A stretch of DNA of 64,000 nucleotides from Candidatus Hydrogenedentota bacterium (lineage in GTDB: Bacteria > Hydrogenedentota > Hydrogenedentia > Hydrogenedentales > SLHB01), in NCBI GenBank assembly GCA_963745075.1, contig CAVUWV010000024.1, positions 384,001 through 448,000 of the forward strand, read 5' to 3'. The position numbers were made by a program, and so were the translations under genes. The notes under the pieces were generated by a model, which was given only the letters and a program-made list of their open reading frames with translations, had not been told where the DNA came from and did not search any database. Position 1 is the stretch's first letter. Each line of letters starts with the position of its first letter. Positions 10,951 to 20,510 of this stretch are shown in pieces.

Positions 10951-11550
10951 ATGAGTACGACAAACGACATGGATCGAACAGCGCAGGGTGACGAGGACTT
11001 GGCCCTCGCACTCAAAGCGGGGGATCGCATGGCGTTTGACGAACTGGTGCGACGGCACCAAGGGCGCGTGTACGCCGTGGCGTATCGCGTCACCGGAAAT
11101 CGGGAAGATGCGCTGGATGTGGCTCAGGAGGTCTTCATCAAGGCCTATCGGAAGATCCACACCTGGCAGCCCACGAGCGGGTTCTTGCCGTGGTTGTTGC
11201 GGCTGACCACCAATCAGTCCATCGACCTGTTGCGCTGGCGTAATCGCCGGAGGCACGAACCCCTCGACGGGGACACCGCGCGCGCCGAACTGGCGGATCA
11301 GTCGGTTGCCCTCAACACGGAGGATCGCGTCCGGGCGCTCGAGATTGACGCGCGCGTCCACGTCGCGCTGGCAGTGTTGTCACCGGCGCAACGGAGCGTC
11401 TTCGTCATGCGCCACTATGAAGGATTGCAGTTGGCGGAAATCGCCGAAGTTTTGGGATGTACCGTGGGTAGCGTGAAAGTGCACCTGTTTCGCGCGCTCA
11501 AAAAGTTGCAAAGAGAACTTCGCGACCTGCACGAATCCGGGCAGGCATAA
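10951..11550 (+). CDS. ECF RNA polymerase sigma factor
   Basis: Region 2 (DALDVAQEVFIKAY, WLLRLTTN) and region 4 (EIAEVLGCTVGSVKVHLFRA). Confidence 0.93.
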   Translation: MSTTNDMDRTAQGDEDLALALKAGDRMAFDELVRRHQGRVYAVAYRVTGNREDALDVAQEVFIKAYRKIHTWQPTSGFLPWLLRLTTNQSIDLLRWRNRRRHEPLDGDTARAELADQSVALNTEDRVRALEIDARVHVALAVLSPAQRSVFVMRHYEGLQLAEIAEVLGCTVGSVKVHLFRALKKLQRELRDLHESGQA

Positions 11551-11585
11551 CTCGACGCGGATCGAGTGACGGGAGAACGAGTGGT

Positions 11586-12641
11586 ATGGGATGGAAACGG
11601 CGTAGAATTCAAGGGCTGCTGGCCGCGTCCTTCTATGAACCGCTGACGCCTGCGGAACAAAAGGAGTTGGACTCCGCGCTTGCGGCTTCTGACGCGCTCA
11701 GGACGCAAGCCGATGCGCTACGCAATATCGTTAACGCCGCGCCCCGGATCTCGCCCCAACCGGATCGGGATCTGCTCCCCGCAATCCACGCCCGCCTGGC
11801 GCAGGATGTGACTGCGAATCCGCGTTCCACGTCGCGCGCCCGCCGGTTGGTGTGGGCGTCCGTCTGTGTCGGCCTCCTGCTCGTGGCGGGCGTCGTGCTC
11901 TACCGTGTGGACCATCCAATCGCCCCCGAGGCCCGTTCACCGGCCGGCGATTCGACCCGTGTTTCCGAATCCCTCTTGGCTCAGGCGATTCAAGAGGCGG
12001 ACACCCTCGTCGCCGAGCACAAGTCCGGAGAAGCCTACGAAATTCTTCGAAAAGGACTGGCGGCAAAACCCGACGACCCACTCGCCGCAAAGGTAGAGCT
12101 TCGCGTTGCCGATTTGTCCTTCGAACTCAAGCGGTACCGCGAATCCCTCCAGGCCCATGATAAACTCGTCACGAAGTACGACCAAGTGCTGCGCGAGTCC
12201 CCCGATCTTCAACGCACCATCGTAAAGCGCCGAGACCTGCTCGCCGACGCGGCAACGAACAATTTCAGTTCGTTGTACGATCTTGATGTGGCCATGCAGG
12301 ACCGCGGCCACGAGGTCCCGGGTCTTGAAAAGGTGATCGCCGAGAATCCCGAATCCCTCGTCGCCGATCTCGCCGCGGACAAGATGGGGGAGGTTCTGTT
12401 TGACGAATCCAGCGCCGCGGACAACGTGAAGTCCGCCTATCTGCAGGCGATGGAAAAGGCCCGGCGGCAATGTACCAACGCGTACGCCATTGCCTTGTTG
12501 GACCTCAAGATTGGTGACATCTACCGCAACGACTTCAAGGACTACCCCGCCGCGGAAGACCACTATCGCAAAGCCGCACAAAACCCCGTCTTTGCCAAGC
12601 GGGCCACGAACAAGCTAGATTCACTGGCCGGAATCCGTTGA
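11586..12641 (+). CDS. Membrane-anchored anti-sigma factor with periplasmic TPR-like domain
   Basis: Follows the ECF sigma; degenerate anti-sigma N-domain, one TM helix (LVWASVCVGLLLVAGVVLY), TPR-like helices. Confidence 0.7.
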   Translation: MGWKRRRIQGLLAASFYEPLTPAEQKELDSALAASDALRTQADALRNIVNAAPRISPQPDRDLLPAIHARLAQDVTANPRSTSRARRLVWASVCVGLLLVAGVVLYRVDHPIAPEARSPAGDSTRVSESLLAQAIQEADTLVAEHKSGEAYEILRKGLAAKPDDPLAAKVELRVADLSFELKRYRESLQAHDKLVTKYDQVLRESPDLQRTIVKRRDLLADAATNNFSSLYDLDVAMQDRGHEVPGLEKVIAENPESLVADLAADKMGEVLFDESSAADNVKSAYLQAMEKARRQCTNAYAIALLDLKIGDIYRNDFKDYPAAEDHYRKAAQNPVFAKRATNKLDSLAGIR

Positions 12642-12685
12642 GGTGCGGTCCGGCGGCACGCTGCCGACGTGGCAACTTTTCCCGG

Positions 12686-12714
12686 TTGCGACACCGCTTC
12701 CCCTATGGTAACAT
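12686..12714 (+). promoter_or_regulatory. Possible sigma70 promoter for the gsp cluster
   Basis: TTGCGA, 17 bp spacer, TAACAT with extended TG, upstream of gspE. Confidence 0.4.
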
Positions 12715-12756
12715 ATTGAAATTAAACGAGTTTGTGATTTTTTTGGAGATCCTGCC

Positions 12757-14505
12757 GTGCCCACTGAATCGGCGTTCGAAAAGCAATTAGTGCGAAGTGG
12801 TGTCGTCGACGAAGGACGTCTCGTCCAGATCCGCGACGAGGGCGCGGGCAAAGGCCTCTCGCTTGTCGATGCGCTTGTCCAGTCGGGGTGCGCAACCCAG
12901 GAAGCCGTCTATCGCGCCCTCGCCGAGTTTTGCGAGCTACGTTTTGTCGTCCCCTCCCGGATGGAAGTCCCCGAGGCCATCGTCGCCCACGTTCCCGCGC
13001 GCTATGTGACCCACTACAACTTCGTTCCGCTTCAGGATCGGAACGGCACCATCGTCATCGCGATCAGCGATCCCTTGAACCACCAATTGCTCGACGACAT
13101 CCGCCTCGTGCTTAAGCGCCGTGTCGAACCCGTCGTCGCCACCCCCGAGGAAATCACCCGGGCGATCAAGGCCCTTTACGGCGTCGGCGCCGATACGGTG
13201 GAACGCATCCTGAGCGACAACGACAGCGTCGGGACCGTCCTCAGTCTGGATGGCGCAGCCGCCGGCATGAATCTCGGAGACGACAACATCGACGCCTCCA
13301 TCATCAAGTTCGTCAACGAGCTTCTGTCCGAAGCCATCAGAACCAGCGCGACGGACATTCACATGGAGCCCTTCGAAGATCAGTTGCGCGTGCGATTCCG
13401 AGTCGATGGCGTGCTGCATCCCGTGCCCACGCCGCCCACGATTCGCGGGTTTCATCCCGCCATCGTGTCGCGCATCAAGATCATGGCGAACCTGAATATC
13501 GCCGAAAAACGGCTTCCGCAGGACGGTAAGATCCGCGCGTCGCTCGGCGAGGAACAGTTCGACCTGCGCGTGTCCGTGCTCCCCACCCCCCACGGCGAAT
13601 CCGTGAACCTCCGCATTCTCAATCGCGCGTCGATGTTCATGACCCTCGAAGAACTTGGTTTTCTAAAGGAGGATCTGACCGCCTTCAACGATTTCATCCA
13701 ACGCCCGCACGGCATGATCCTCGTCACGGGCCCGACGGGAAGCGGTAAGACGACCACGCTCTACGCGGCCCTGAGCAAGCTCAACAAGTTGGAACACAAG
13801 ATCATCACCATCGAAGATCCCATTGAGTACCAGCTCAAGGGCATCACCCAAATGCAGGTCTTGTCCCAGATTGGATTCGACTTCACAGCCGCGCTTCGGT
13901 CCATGCTGCGCCACGATCCCGATATCATGCTGGTGGGGGAGATTCGCGACTATGAAACCGCCGAAATGGCGATCCGTTCGAGCCTGACCGGTCACCTGGT
14001 TTTCAGCACCCTGCATACGAACGACGCTGCCGGCGCGGTAACACGTCTCACGGATATGGGCGTGGAGCCATTTCTCATCGCCAGCACGATGATCGCATCG
14101 ATCGCCCAGCGCTTGGTGCGCTGCATCTGTCCCGTGTGCGCGACGCCCTACGACCCGACACCGGCGGACTACGCCCAACTCGGTATGAAGCCCGAAGCGC
14201 CGCCCAACGCCACGTTCAAGAAGGGCGCGGGATGTGAAGCGTGCCGCCACACCGGCTACCGCGGGCGCGTCGCCATCTACGAAATCCTGCCCTTCACCAA
14301 CGCCATCAAAGAAATGACCATTGAACGCGAGCCTTCCACGCGTATCAAGCGCAAAGCGGTCGCATTGGGTATGCGCACCTTACGTCAATCCGGTTGGATG
14401 CGGGTGTGCCAGGGCCGCACGACCTTCGAGGAAGTAGTCCGCGTCACCGCCGAGTCCGACATGCTCGACGGCAGCGAGGCCGATCATGCCCCAGTTTCAG
14501 TATGA
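12757..14505 (+). CDS. gspE: Type II secretion / type IV pilus assembly ATPase GspE/PilB family
   Basis: GPTGSGKTT, TIEDPIEY, LRHDPD, GHLVFSTLHTN, CxxC...CxxC zinc site. Confidence 0.95.
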   Translation: MPTESAFEKQLVRSGVVDEGRLVQIRDEGAGKGLSLVDALVQSGCATQEAVYRALAEFCELRFVVPSRMEVPEAIVAHVPARYVTHYNFVPLQDRNGTIVIAISDPLNHQLLDDIRLVLKRRVEPVVATPEEITRAIKALYGVGADTVERILSDNDSVGTVLSLDGAAAGMNLGDDNIDASIIKFVNELLSEAIRTSATDIHMEPFEDQLRVRFRVDGVLHPVPTPPTIRGFHPAIVSRIKIMANLNIAEKRLPQDGKIRASLGEEQFDLRVSVLPTPHGESVNLRILNRASMFMTLEELGFLKEDLTAFNDFIQRPHGMILVTGPTGSGKTTTLYAALSKLNKLEHKIITIEDPIEYQLKGITQMQVLSQIGFDFTAALRSMLRHDPDIMLVGEIRDYETAEMAIRSSLTGHLVFSTLHTNDAAGAVTRLTDMGVEPFLIASTMIASIAQRLVRCICPVCATPYDPTPADYAQLGMKPEAPPNATFKKGAGCEACRHTGYRGRVAIYEILPFTNAIKEMTIEREPSTRIKRKAVALGMRTLRQSGWMRVCQGRTTFEEVVRVTAESDMLDGSEADHAPVSV

Positions 14506-15697
14506 GGTGAAGCGAGCCCCCGGCGAAGCCTCCACGGGCGTCCTCGAAGCCGAAAGCCGCCGGGCCGCTCTCGCCCGGTTGCGCGAAATGGGCTATTTCC
14601 CCATCTCCATCGAGGAGTACACCGGCGAGGAGAAGAAGGATTCCCTGCGCAGCGCGCTGGTCCGCATCCGGCGCAAGGATCGCAATATCTTCTTCCGCCA
14701 GCTCGCCACATTGCTCGATTCCGGGATGCCCCTGACCCGCGCGCTCGCGACCCTCGTACAGCAAACCGAGAACCCGAAACTCACCGCCGTGATCAATCAA
14801 TTGCGCGATGATGTCCAGAAAGGCAGCACCTTCGCCGAAGCCCTCGAGCGCCACCCCAAACACTTCAACGCCATGCAGTGCAGCCTCGTCCACGCCGGCG
14901 AATCCGGCGGTATGCTCGAAGATGTCTTATGGCGCATCGTCGCCTTTGGGGAACAGGACGAAGAACTGCGCGGAAAAGCATTCTCCGCCATGATCTATCC
15001 AGCATTCCTCTTACTGATAGGATCGATCGCCATCTTCATCATGGTGTCCTTCGTATTTCCCATGTTCCAAAAGGTTTTCGACGACTTTAACGCCACACTG
15101 CCTCTGATTACGGTCATCGTTCTCGCGTTCTGCGGGTTCATGGGAAAGTTCTGGTGGCTCGTGCTGTTAATCATTGCCGGCGTGACCGGTCTGCTCATCT
15201 CGTGGTATCGAAGCGCGAACGGGCGTATGCAGTTTGACGAGTTTGTGCTCCGCGTACCCCTTCTGCGGACGGTGGTGCAGAAGTACGTTATGGCACAGTT
15301 TTCCCGGACCCTGGGAACGCTGCTGGACAATGGCGTCCCCATCTTGAGTTCACTGCGCATTACCGTGGACACGCTTAGCAACAAGGCGATCGCCCTCGAG
15401 GTCAACGCCTTGCAGGAGCGCGTTTCCGAGGGCGACAGCATCAGCTCCGGCATGGGGCAAACCCGCCACTTCCCGCCCATGGTCGTCAACATGTTCGCCA
15501 TCGGCGAAGAAAGTGGCCGGATCGGTGCCGTCACGAAGCGCATGGCCGACGCCTACGACATCGAAGTCGAGCGCGCCGTCCGCGCCATGACGGCCCTGCT
15601 CGAACCCATACTCATTGTCATCATGGCCATCATCGTAGGCGTTCTCGTAATATCGATGCTGTATCCCATGTTGACGCTCAGCGCGAACATTACGTAA
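14486..15697 (+). CDS. gspF: Type II secretion inner-membrane platform protein GspF/PilC
   Basis: Duplicated T2SSF domains (FFRQLATLLDSGMPL, AGESGG, AMIYP, GEESG, LLEP). Confidence 0.95.
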   Translation: MPQFQYEVKRAPGEASTGVLEAESRRAALARLREMGYFPISIEEYTGEEKKDSLRSALVRIRRKDRNIFFRQLATLLDSGMPLTRALATLVQQTENPKLTAVINQLRDDVQKGSTFAEALERHPKHFNAMQCSLVHAGESGGMLEDVLWRIVAFGEQDEELRGKAFSAMIYPAFLLLIGSIAIFIMVSFVFPMFQKVFDDFNATLPLITVIVLAFCGFMGKFWWLVLLIIAGVTGLLISWYRSANGRMQFDEFVLRVPLLRTVVQKYVMAQFSRTLGTLLDNGVPILSSLRITVDTLSNKAIALEVNALQERVSEGDSISSGMGQTRHFPPMVVNMFAIGEESGRIGAVTKRMADAYDIEVERAVRAMTALLEPILIVIMAIIVGVLVISMLYPMLTLSANIT

Positions 15698-15748
15698 ACC
15701 ACTAGAAAGGTGATTTGGAAGATGCGCACCCCGATGGAGGATAGATTC

Positions 15749-16144
15749 ATGAATGCATCAGGCGGGTTTACCCTGCTGGAACTGATTCTGGTAATGGTCA
15801 TTATCGGAATCCTGGCCGGCATGGTGACCATCAGTGTAGCGGGGCGTGGGACCCAAGCTCGCGAAATTCGAGCGCAAGCCGATTTGTCCGTTTACCAACG
15901 TGCGGTCGAAGCCTACGCCCTCGAACACAACGATCAGTATCCAAAATCCCTCAACGATCTCGTCGGCGGTGACAAAGAGTACGTGATCGAGGTCAAGAAC
16001 GACCCCTGGGGCAACCCCTACGTGTTCGCGTTCCCCGGAAAGAAACACAAATACGATCTCTATTCACGAGGTATCGACGGCCAATCCGGAACCGCTGACG
16101 ATGTCTCGGTATGGGAATCCGACAAGAAGCCGGCCGCTAACTAG
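15749..16144 (+). CDS. gspG: Major pseudopilin GspG (alternative start 15722)
   Basis: G|FTLLE methylation motif, hydrophobic helix, DPWGNPY, S.G.DG..GT.DD motif; GGAGG RBS. Confidence 0.92.
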   Translation: MNASGGFTLLELILVMVIIGILAGMVTISVAGRGTQAREIRAQADLSVYQRAVEAYALEHNDQYPKSLNDLVGGDKEYVIEVKNDPWGNPYVFAFPGKKHKYDLYSRGIDGQSGTADDVSVWESDKKPAAN

Positions 16145-16186
16145 TGCTTTGATCCGAATCAGCGCTGCGAAGGGTATCCCAGTAAA

Positions 16187-16867
16187 ATGCCTCGGCGTAC
16201 GTTAATCAAGAACATCCCCCTTGTTCCCCCTTCCAAGGGGGAATTGCGCACAACGCCGATGCTTGTGTTGAATCCGTGTCGTTGCTTCGATAGTCAGCTA
16301 CTGACAATCCGTGCGCGCCGCGAAGCGGGCGCACAAATTCCCCCTTTGAAGGGGGATCAAGGGGGATGTTCTTCCCGTCGATCCCCTGGTTTCACGCTGA
16401 TCGAACTCATCGTCGTTATGACCTTCATCGCCCTGCTGACCGCCGCCGTCATTCCCCTGTATCAAGGGTCGCTGACCCGCGTTCGCCAAGACCGGGCCAC
16501 CCGCGATTTCGTCGCCTACCTCAAGTACGCCCAGGAACGCGCCATCACCGACGGTACCGAGTACCGCTTCTACTTTCGCGAAGACGAGCGCGACTACTGG
16601 GTGATGCGCCTCGACAAAATGGAGGGCAAAGATAAGATCTTTGTATATCCGGACGAAGGCGCCGGCGAAATCAAACACTTGCCTGAGGGTATCGAGTTCG
16701 ATCGCCCCAAGGCTCGATTCGACCGCGACCGCGAGGCCCATTTCGTCGCCTTTTACGGCACCGGCGCCTGCGATTACGCCACCATCAAGTTCGAAACCAG
16801 CGACGACAAACGCATCGTGCTCGAAACCAAAGGCCGGCTCGGCCGCTTCGAGGTCAAGGAGAAATGA
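16187..16867 (+). CDS. gspH: Minor pseudopilin GspH/FimT-like, leader lengthened by an in-frame repeat element
   Basis: PG|FTLIELIVVM motif after a 68-residue leader; LKYAQERAI FimT/GspH-like motif; lies between gspG and gspI. Confidence 0.8.
   Translation: MPRRTLIKNIPLVPPSKGELRTTPMLVLNPCRCFDSQLLTIRARREAGAQIPPLKGDQGGCSSRRSPGFTLIELIVVMTFIALLTAAVIPLYQGSLTRVRQDRATRDFVAYLKYAQERAITDGTEYRFYFREDERDYWVMRLDKMEGKDKIFVYPDEGAGEIKHLPEGIEFDRPKARFDRDREAHFVAFYGTGACDYATIKFETSDDKRIVLETKGRLGRFEVKEK
16208..16373. repeat. REPIN-like element copy 1 (38 bp inverted arms, 90 bp spacer) inside gspH
   Basis: AAGAACATCCCCCTTGTTCCCCCTTCCAAGGGGGAATT (16208-16245) and its near-perfect reverse complement (16336-16373, 2 mismatches); the same arms occur at 39727-39891. 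Confidence 0.9.
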
Positions 16868-17367
16868 ACGCCTCCACACCACGAATCGTGCGGCCCGCAT
16901 CCGGCTGGATCCTCCTCGAAACCATCGTCGCGCTCATGATGCTCAGTATCGGCGGCGTCGCCGTGAACCGCGCCATGCAAGAAGCCCTCGTGACCCGGGC
17001 CATGGCCCGCGATTTCACCGAAGCGCGCTTCCTCATGGAGCAAGTCATGTCCGAACTCGAACTCCAGCCGGCCCTTGTGGAAGGCGAGTCGAAATCCGGC
17101 AATTTTGGCGACGACTTTCCCCGGTTCTCCTACCAATGGAACGTTTCCCGCGTGGAACTGCCACAGCCTGAACTTCCGCCCCAAGCGGCCGCCATCCTCG
17201 TGCAACCGCTCCAATTGCCGGTTCACTACCTCGGCAAGATTCACGTTACCCTAACCTGGACCCGCGCGGGTCGAAAGTTCTCTCGAAGCGCAGAAACCCT
17301 GATCGCACCCGAACGAATCTTTACGGAAGAAGATGCACAAGCCGGACAACCCCAACAAGCCCAATGA
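16864..17367 (+). CDS. gspI: Minor pseudopilin GspI-like
   Basis: SG|WILLETIVALMML prepilin-like motif; ATGA overlap with gspH. Confidence 0.75.
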   Translation: MNASTPRIVRPASGWILLETIVALMMLSIGGVAVNRAMQEALVTRAMARDFTEARFLMEQVMSELELQPALVEGESKSGNFGDDFPRFSYQWNVSRVELPQPELPPQAAAILVQPLQLPVHYLGKIHVTLTWTRAGRKFSRSAETLIAPERIFTEEDAQAGQPQQAQ

Positions 17368-18097
17368 CACCGGCTTCACGCTGGTCGAACTCCTCGTGGC
17401 GAGCATGCTGCTTACCATCGTCATGACGGGTGTGTACATGTGCTTCAGCTCCACGATTCGGCTGTGGCGCTTGGGCGAAGCAAACATACAAACCTATCAA
17501 GACGCCCGGACCGCGCTCAGCATCATGACCCGCGAATTCCAGAACATCGTTCCCGGCACCGGATATCTCGCCGAAGGCAGCAACGACGAGTTTACGTTCT
17601 TCGCCGTTGCACCCCCCTTGGACGTGGACGAAGACTCCGAACCGCGCGTGCTTCAGATTCGATATCGCACCCGAACGGACCCGAATGGCGAAGGCAAAAT
17701 CTTGCTGCGCGAAGAACGCCTCGTAAAAAGCCCGCTCCCATCCAAACCCCCGGATGAGGGCAAGATCGACCGCACCATAATCAAAATGGCGAATGAGAAA
17801 GATTTTGAACTCGCTTACGGGGTCAAGGATTTCGAGTTGCAGTACTACTGGCTTCCACCAAAAGACGACGTGCAGGACGCCACCGAGACCGGTCCGCCAC
17901 AGCCGGTTGAATTCATCGTGCGTGACGAACATAAGAAGGGGTCGGGAATTCCCCAGGGGATCCGAATCGAGCTGACCCTCATCGACGCCAACGCGGAATC
18001 CGGCGAACGCACCTTCACCACCTACATCGTGTTCCACGGTCAGACGACCCAGTTGGAGGACGACTCGCTCGAAACGGAAGGGGCGCTGTTCCAGTGA
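17333..18097 (+). CDS. gspJ: Minor pseudopilin GspJ-like
   Basis: TG|FTLVELLVA motif; C-terminal P.GIRIELTL typical of GspJ. Confidence 0.82.
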   Translation: MHKPDNPNKPNDTGFTLVELLVASMLLTIVMTGVYMCFSSTIRLWRLGEANIQTYQDARTALSIMTREFQNIVPGTGYLAEGSNDEFTFFAVAPPLDVDEDSEPRVLQIRYRTRTDPNGEGKILLREERLVKSPLPSKPPDEGKIDRTIIKMANEKDFELAYGVKDFELQYYWLPPKDDVQDATETGPPQPVEFIVRDEHKKGSGIPQGIRIELTLIDANAESGERTFTTYIVFHGQTTQLEDDSLETEGALFQ

Positions 18098-19035
18098 AGC
18101 GCGAACGCCACGGGTTCGTCCTCGTCGCCGTCATCTGGTTGCTGGCGATTCTGACCGTCCTTACCATCGGATTCGGCCGCCGCGCCCTGCTCGAGCAGCG
18201 CGCCGCCGCCCTAACCATCGATCGATCTCAATGCCAATACCTCGCGCGCGGCGCCGTCGAATACGGTGTCGCCTATCTTCGCAACCAGGCACTGCTCCAA
18301 AGCATCTACGATCAGTATGCCGGCGAATCCCACGTCGCCATCTACGAAACGCAGAAAAACCTCCTCAAGGAGAAAGGCTTCTTCGACCTGGGAGACGCCG
18401 CGCTCCTGAAAGACGATGAAGTCACCTTCAAACTGGACGACGCGGAAGGCAGGATTTCTCTCAACAGTGCGCCCGAAGAAATCTTCGACAACATCGACGC
18501 GTTGAGCTTCACCACCGTATCCGACATCCTGCGTCGACGCGGCGGTCCGCTCGGAAACGACGAGCCCACGCCCTTCCTTACCATCGATGAGGCGCGTTTC
18601 CTCGAAGGCGTCAGCGATACCGACTGGTACGGCACGGCCGACCGACCGGGTCTCCGCGAACTTTTCACGATTTATGGGGATGGTCGTGTCAACGTCAATA
18701 CCGCGCCGCGAGCGGTTCTCGAAGCCCTGCCGGACCTTGACCCGGCCGTCGCGGCAGCGATTATCGCGTATCGCGCCGGTGCCGACGGCGAACTCAAAAC
18801 CCCCGATGATCGGCGTTTCCGGAGTGTCGAGGAAATTGCCACGGCAACAGGTATTCAGATGAACGACTTACAACCCATCGCCAAGTTTTGCAAGTTCGAA
18901 TCGCAATTCTTTACAATCACCGGGTTTGCGACGTTGCGGCAAGGCAAAGTCCGCGCAGTTTCGAAGGCTACCGTTCACGTGGTGGAAGGCACCGCGACGG
19001 TTCTAGATTGGTCGGAGGGGGATTTTGGCTCGTAA
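18094..19035 (+). CDS. gspK: Minor pseudopilin GspK
   Basis: HG|FVLVAVIW, D.EGRISLN and GRVNVNTAP..VLEALP GspK motifs. Confidence 0.9.
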   Translation: MKRERHGFVLVAVIWLLAILTVLTIGFGRRALLEQRAAALTIDRSQCQYLARGAVEYGVAYLRNQALLQSIYDQYAGESHVAIYETQKNLLKEKGFFDLGDAALLKDDEVTFKLDDAEGRISLNSAPEEIFDNIDALSFTTVSDILRRRGGPLGNDEPTPFLTIDEARFLEGVSDTDWYGTADRPGLRELFTIYGDGRVNVNTAPRAVLEALPDLDPAVAAAIIAYRAGADGELKTPDDRRFRSVEEIATATGIQMNDLQPIAKFCKFESQFFTITGFATLRQGKVRAVSKATVHVVEGTATVLDWSEGDFGS

Positions 19036-20510
19036 GACTGGAAATATCAGCATCTTACAGTTTGACGAGCATCTCATCGCGTGGCTCAGGGTCAAACCGT
19101 CTGCGAAAGGTATCGAACGTCCTGTCGTGGGAAACCCTCGGCGGTTCCTGGTCCGCGGCCGACGGCAGCCTGGAACAGGCCCTCCAGGATTTCGTCAAGA
19201 GTCATCGCATTGCCGATGACCGCGTCTATACCGTTCTGCCTCGCCACGAAATGACCGCCAGGATTCTGCTTCTTCCTTCCCACAGCGACGAAGAAATCGA
19301 GGGCATGATACGCCTCGGCGTCGAGGACTACGTTCCGTATCCCGAGCACGAGCTTGTTCTGGACCAAAGCTCCTTGCAGCGGCTCCCAGACGGTCAATCA
19401 CGGGTGTTGGCCGTCTTTGCCCACCGCGACGTCGTCGAGACCCACGTGTCCGCGCTGCGTGCCTGCGGCATCGAACCCCGGCAGATCTCCGTCAGTACGG
19501 CGTGCCTCGCAACGAGTGCGATCCTATCTCATGGCGAATCAGGTGAGCGATTTGCCTTGGTCAACCTGGCCTCCGGCGGTGTCGAAGTCCTCGTGTTCAA
19601 TGGCAATCGTCTCGAGTACGGCCGCGCTGTCGCCACGTCCCAGGATTGGTCGGCCGCGGCATCCGTGGGTTCCGATGCGGTCGAAGAATTGGCCTCGGAA
19701 GTGCGCGCCACCATTTCGGCCCATCGCCGCGAAACCGAAGACGGCATCGGCGCCGAGAATGTATACCTGTGTTCCGAATGGGCCGATACGGAACCCATCG
19801 CCTCGGCTTTGGCCGATACGCTGGGGTATCCATGCGAGTCCGCGCAATTTGGCAAGGCCCTTTGTACCCAAGGCGGCGACCGGCTGACTACGTTGGCGCT
19901 CACGTCGTTGGGAGCAGCCGTCGCCGCGCAAAATCGCGCACCGCTTTCCATAAGTCTCGTGCCCGAATCCTTGCAGCATTCGCGTCGCCGTGGCGAGTCC
20001 CGTCGCCGTTTGTTGAAAATCGGTGGTTTCGTCTTGGCCGTCATCGTCGGACTGCTCGCCCTATACGGTCAGGCGGCCTACCAACGCTCACGCTATATCG
20101 CCGAACTACGCAATCGCATCGATGCGATCGAGCCGCAAGCGCTCAGTGTCGAGTCCAAGCGCCGCCAATTGATTCGCCTTCAGCAACACCTGGATCGACG
20201 GGGCAGTGCCCTCGAACTGCTCGCAAAAATCACCGAATTGACCCCGTCTTCCGGATTGAACTTCACACGCTATTCCTTCGTGCACGGCCAGGGGATTACC
20301 CTCGTTGGCCGCGCGGAAACGTCTACGTTGGTGTATGGTCTGGCTGAAGCGCTCCGCGAAGCGGGCCGCAGTGACGTTCCCCAATTCTCCCGGGCCGTCC
20401 TTGGGCCGACCCGCGAAGAAATGGAGCAGAATCGTTCCGTTATCCAATTCGAAATCGACATTCCATTCGGCGGCGACGACACCAGCGCCGAATCCACGGG
20501 CGACCAGTGA
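19025..20510 (+). CDS. GspL / PilM-PilN-like assembly protein (apparent frameshift near 19116)
   Basis: TTG start with GGAGG RBS (MARKTGN..); joins the long ORF if one A is removed at 19116-19117. Actin-like cytoplasmic domain, ISLVP motif, TM helix, PilN-like periplasmic domain. Confidence 0.8.
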
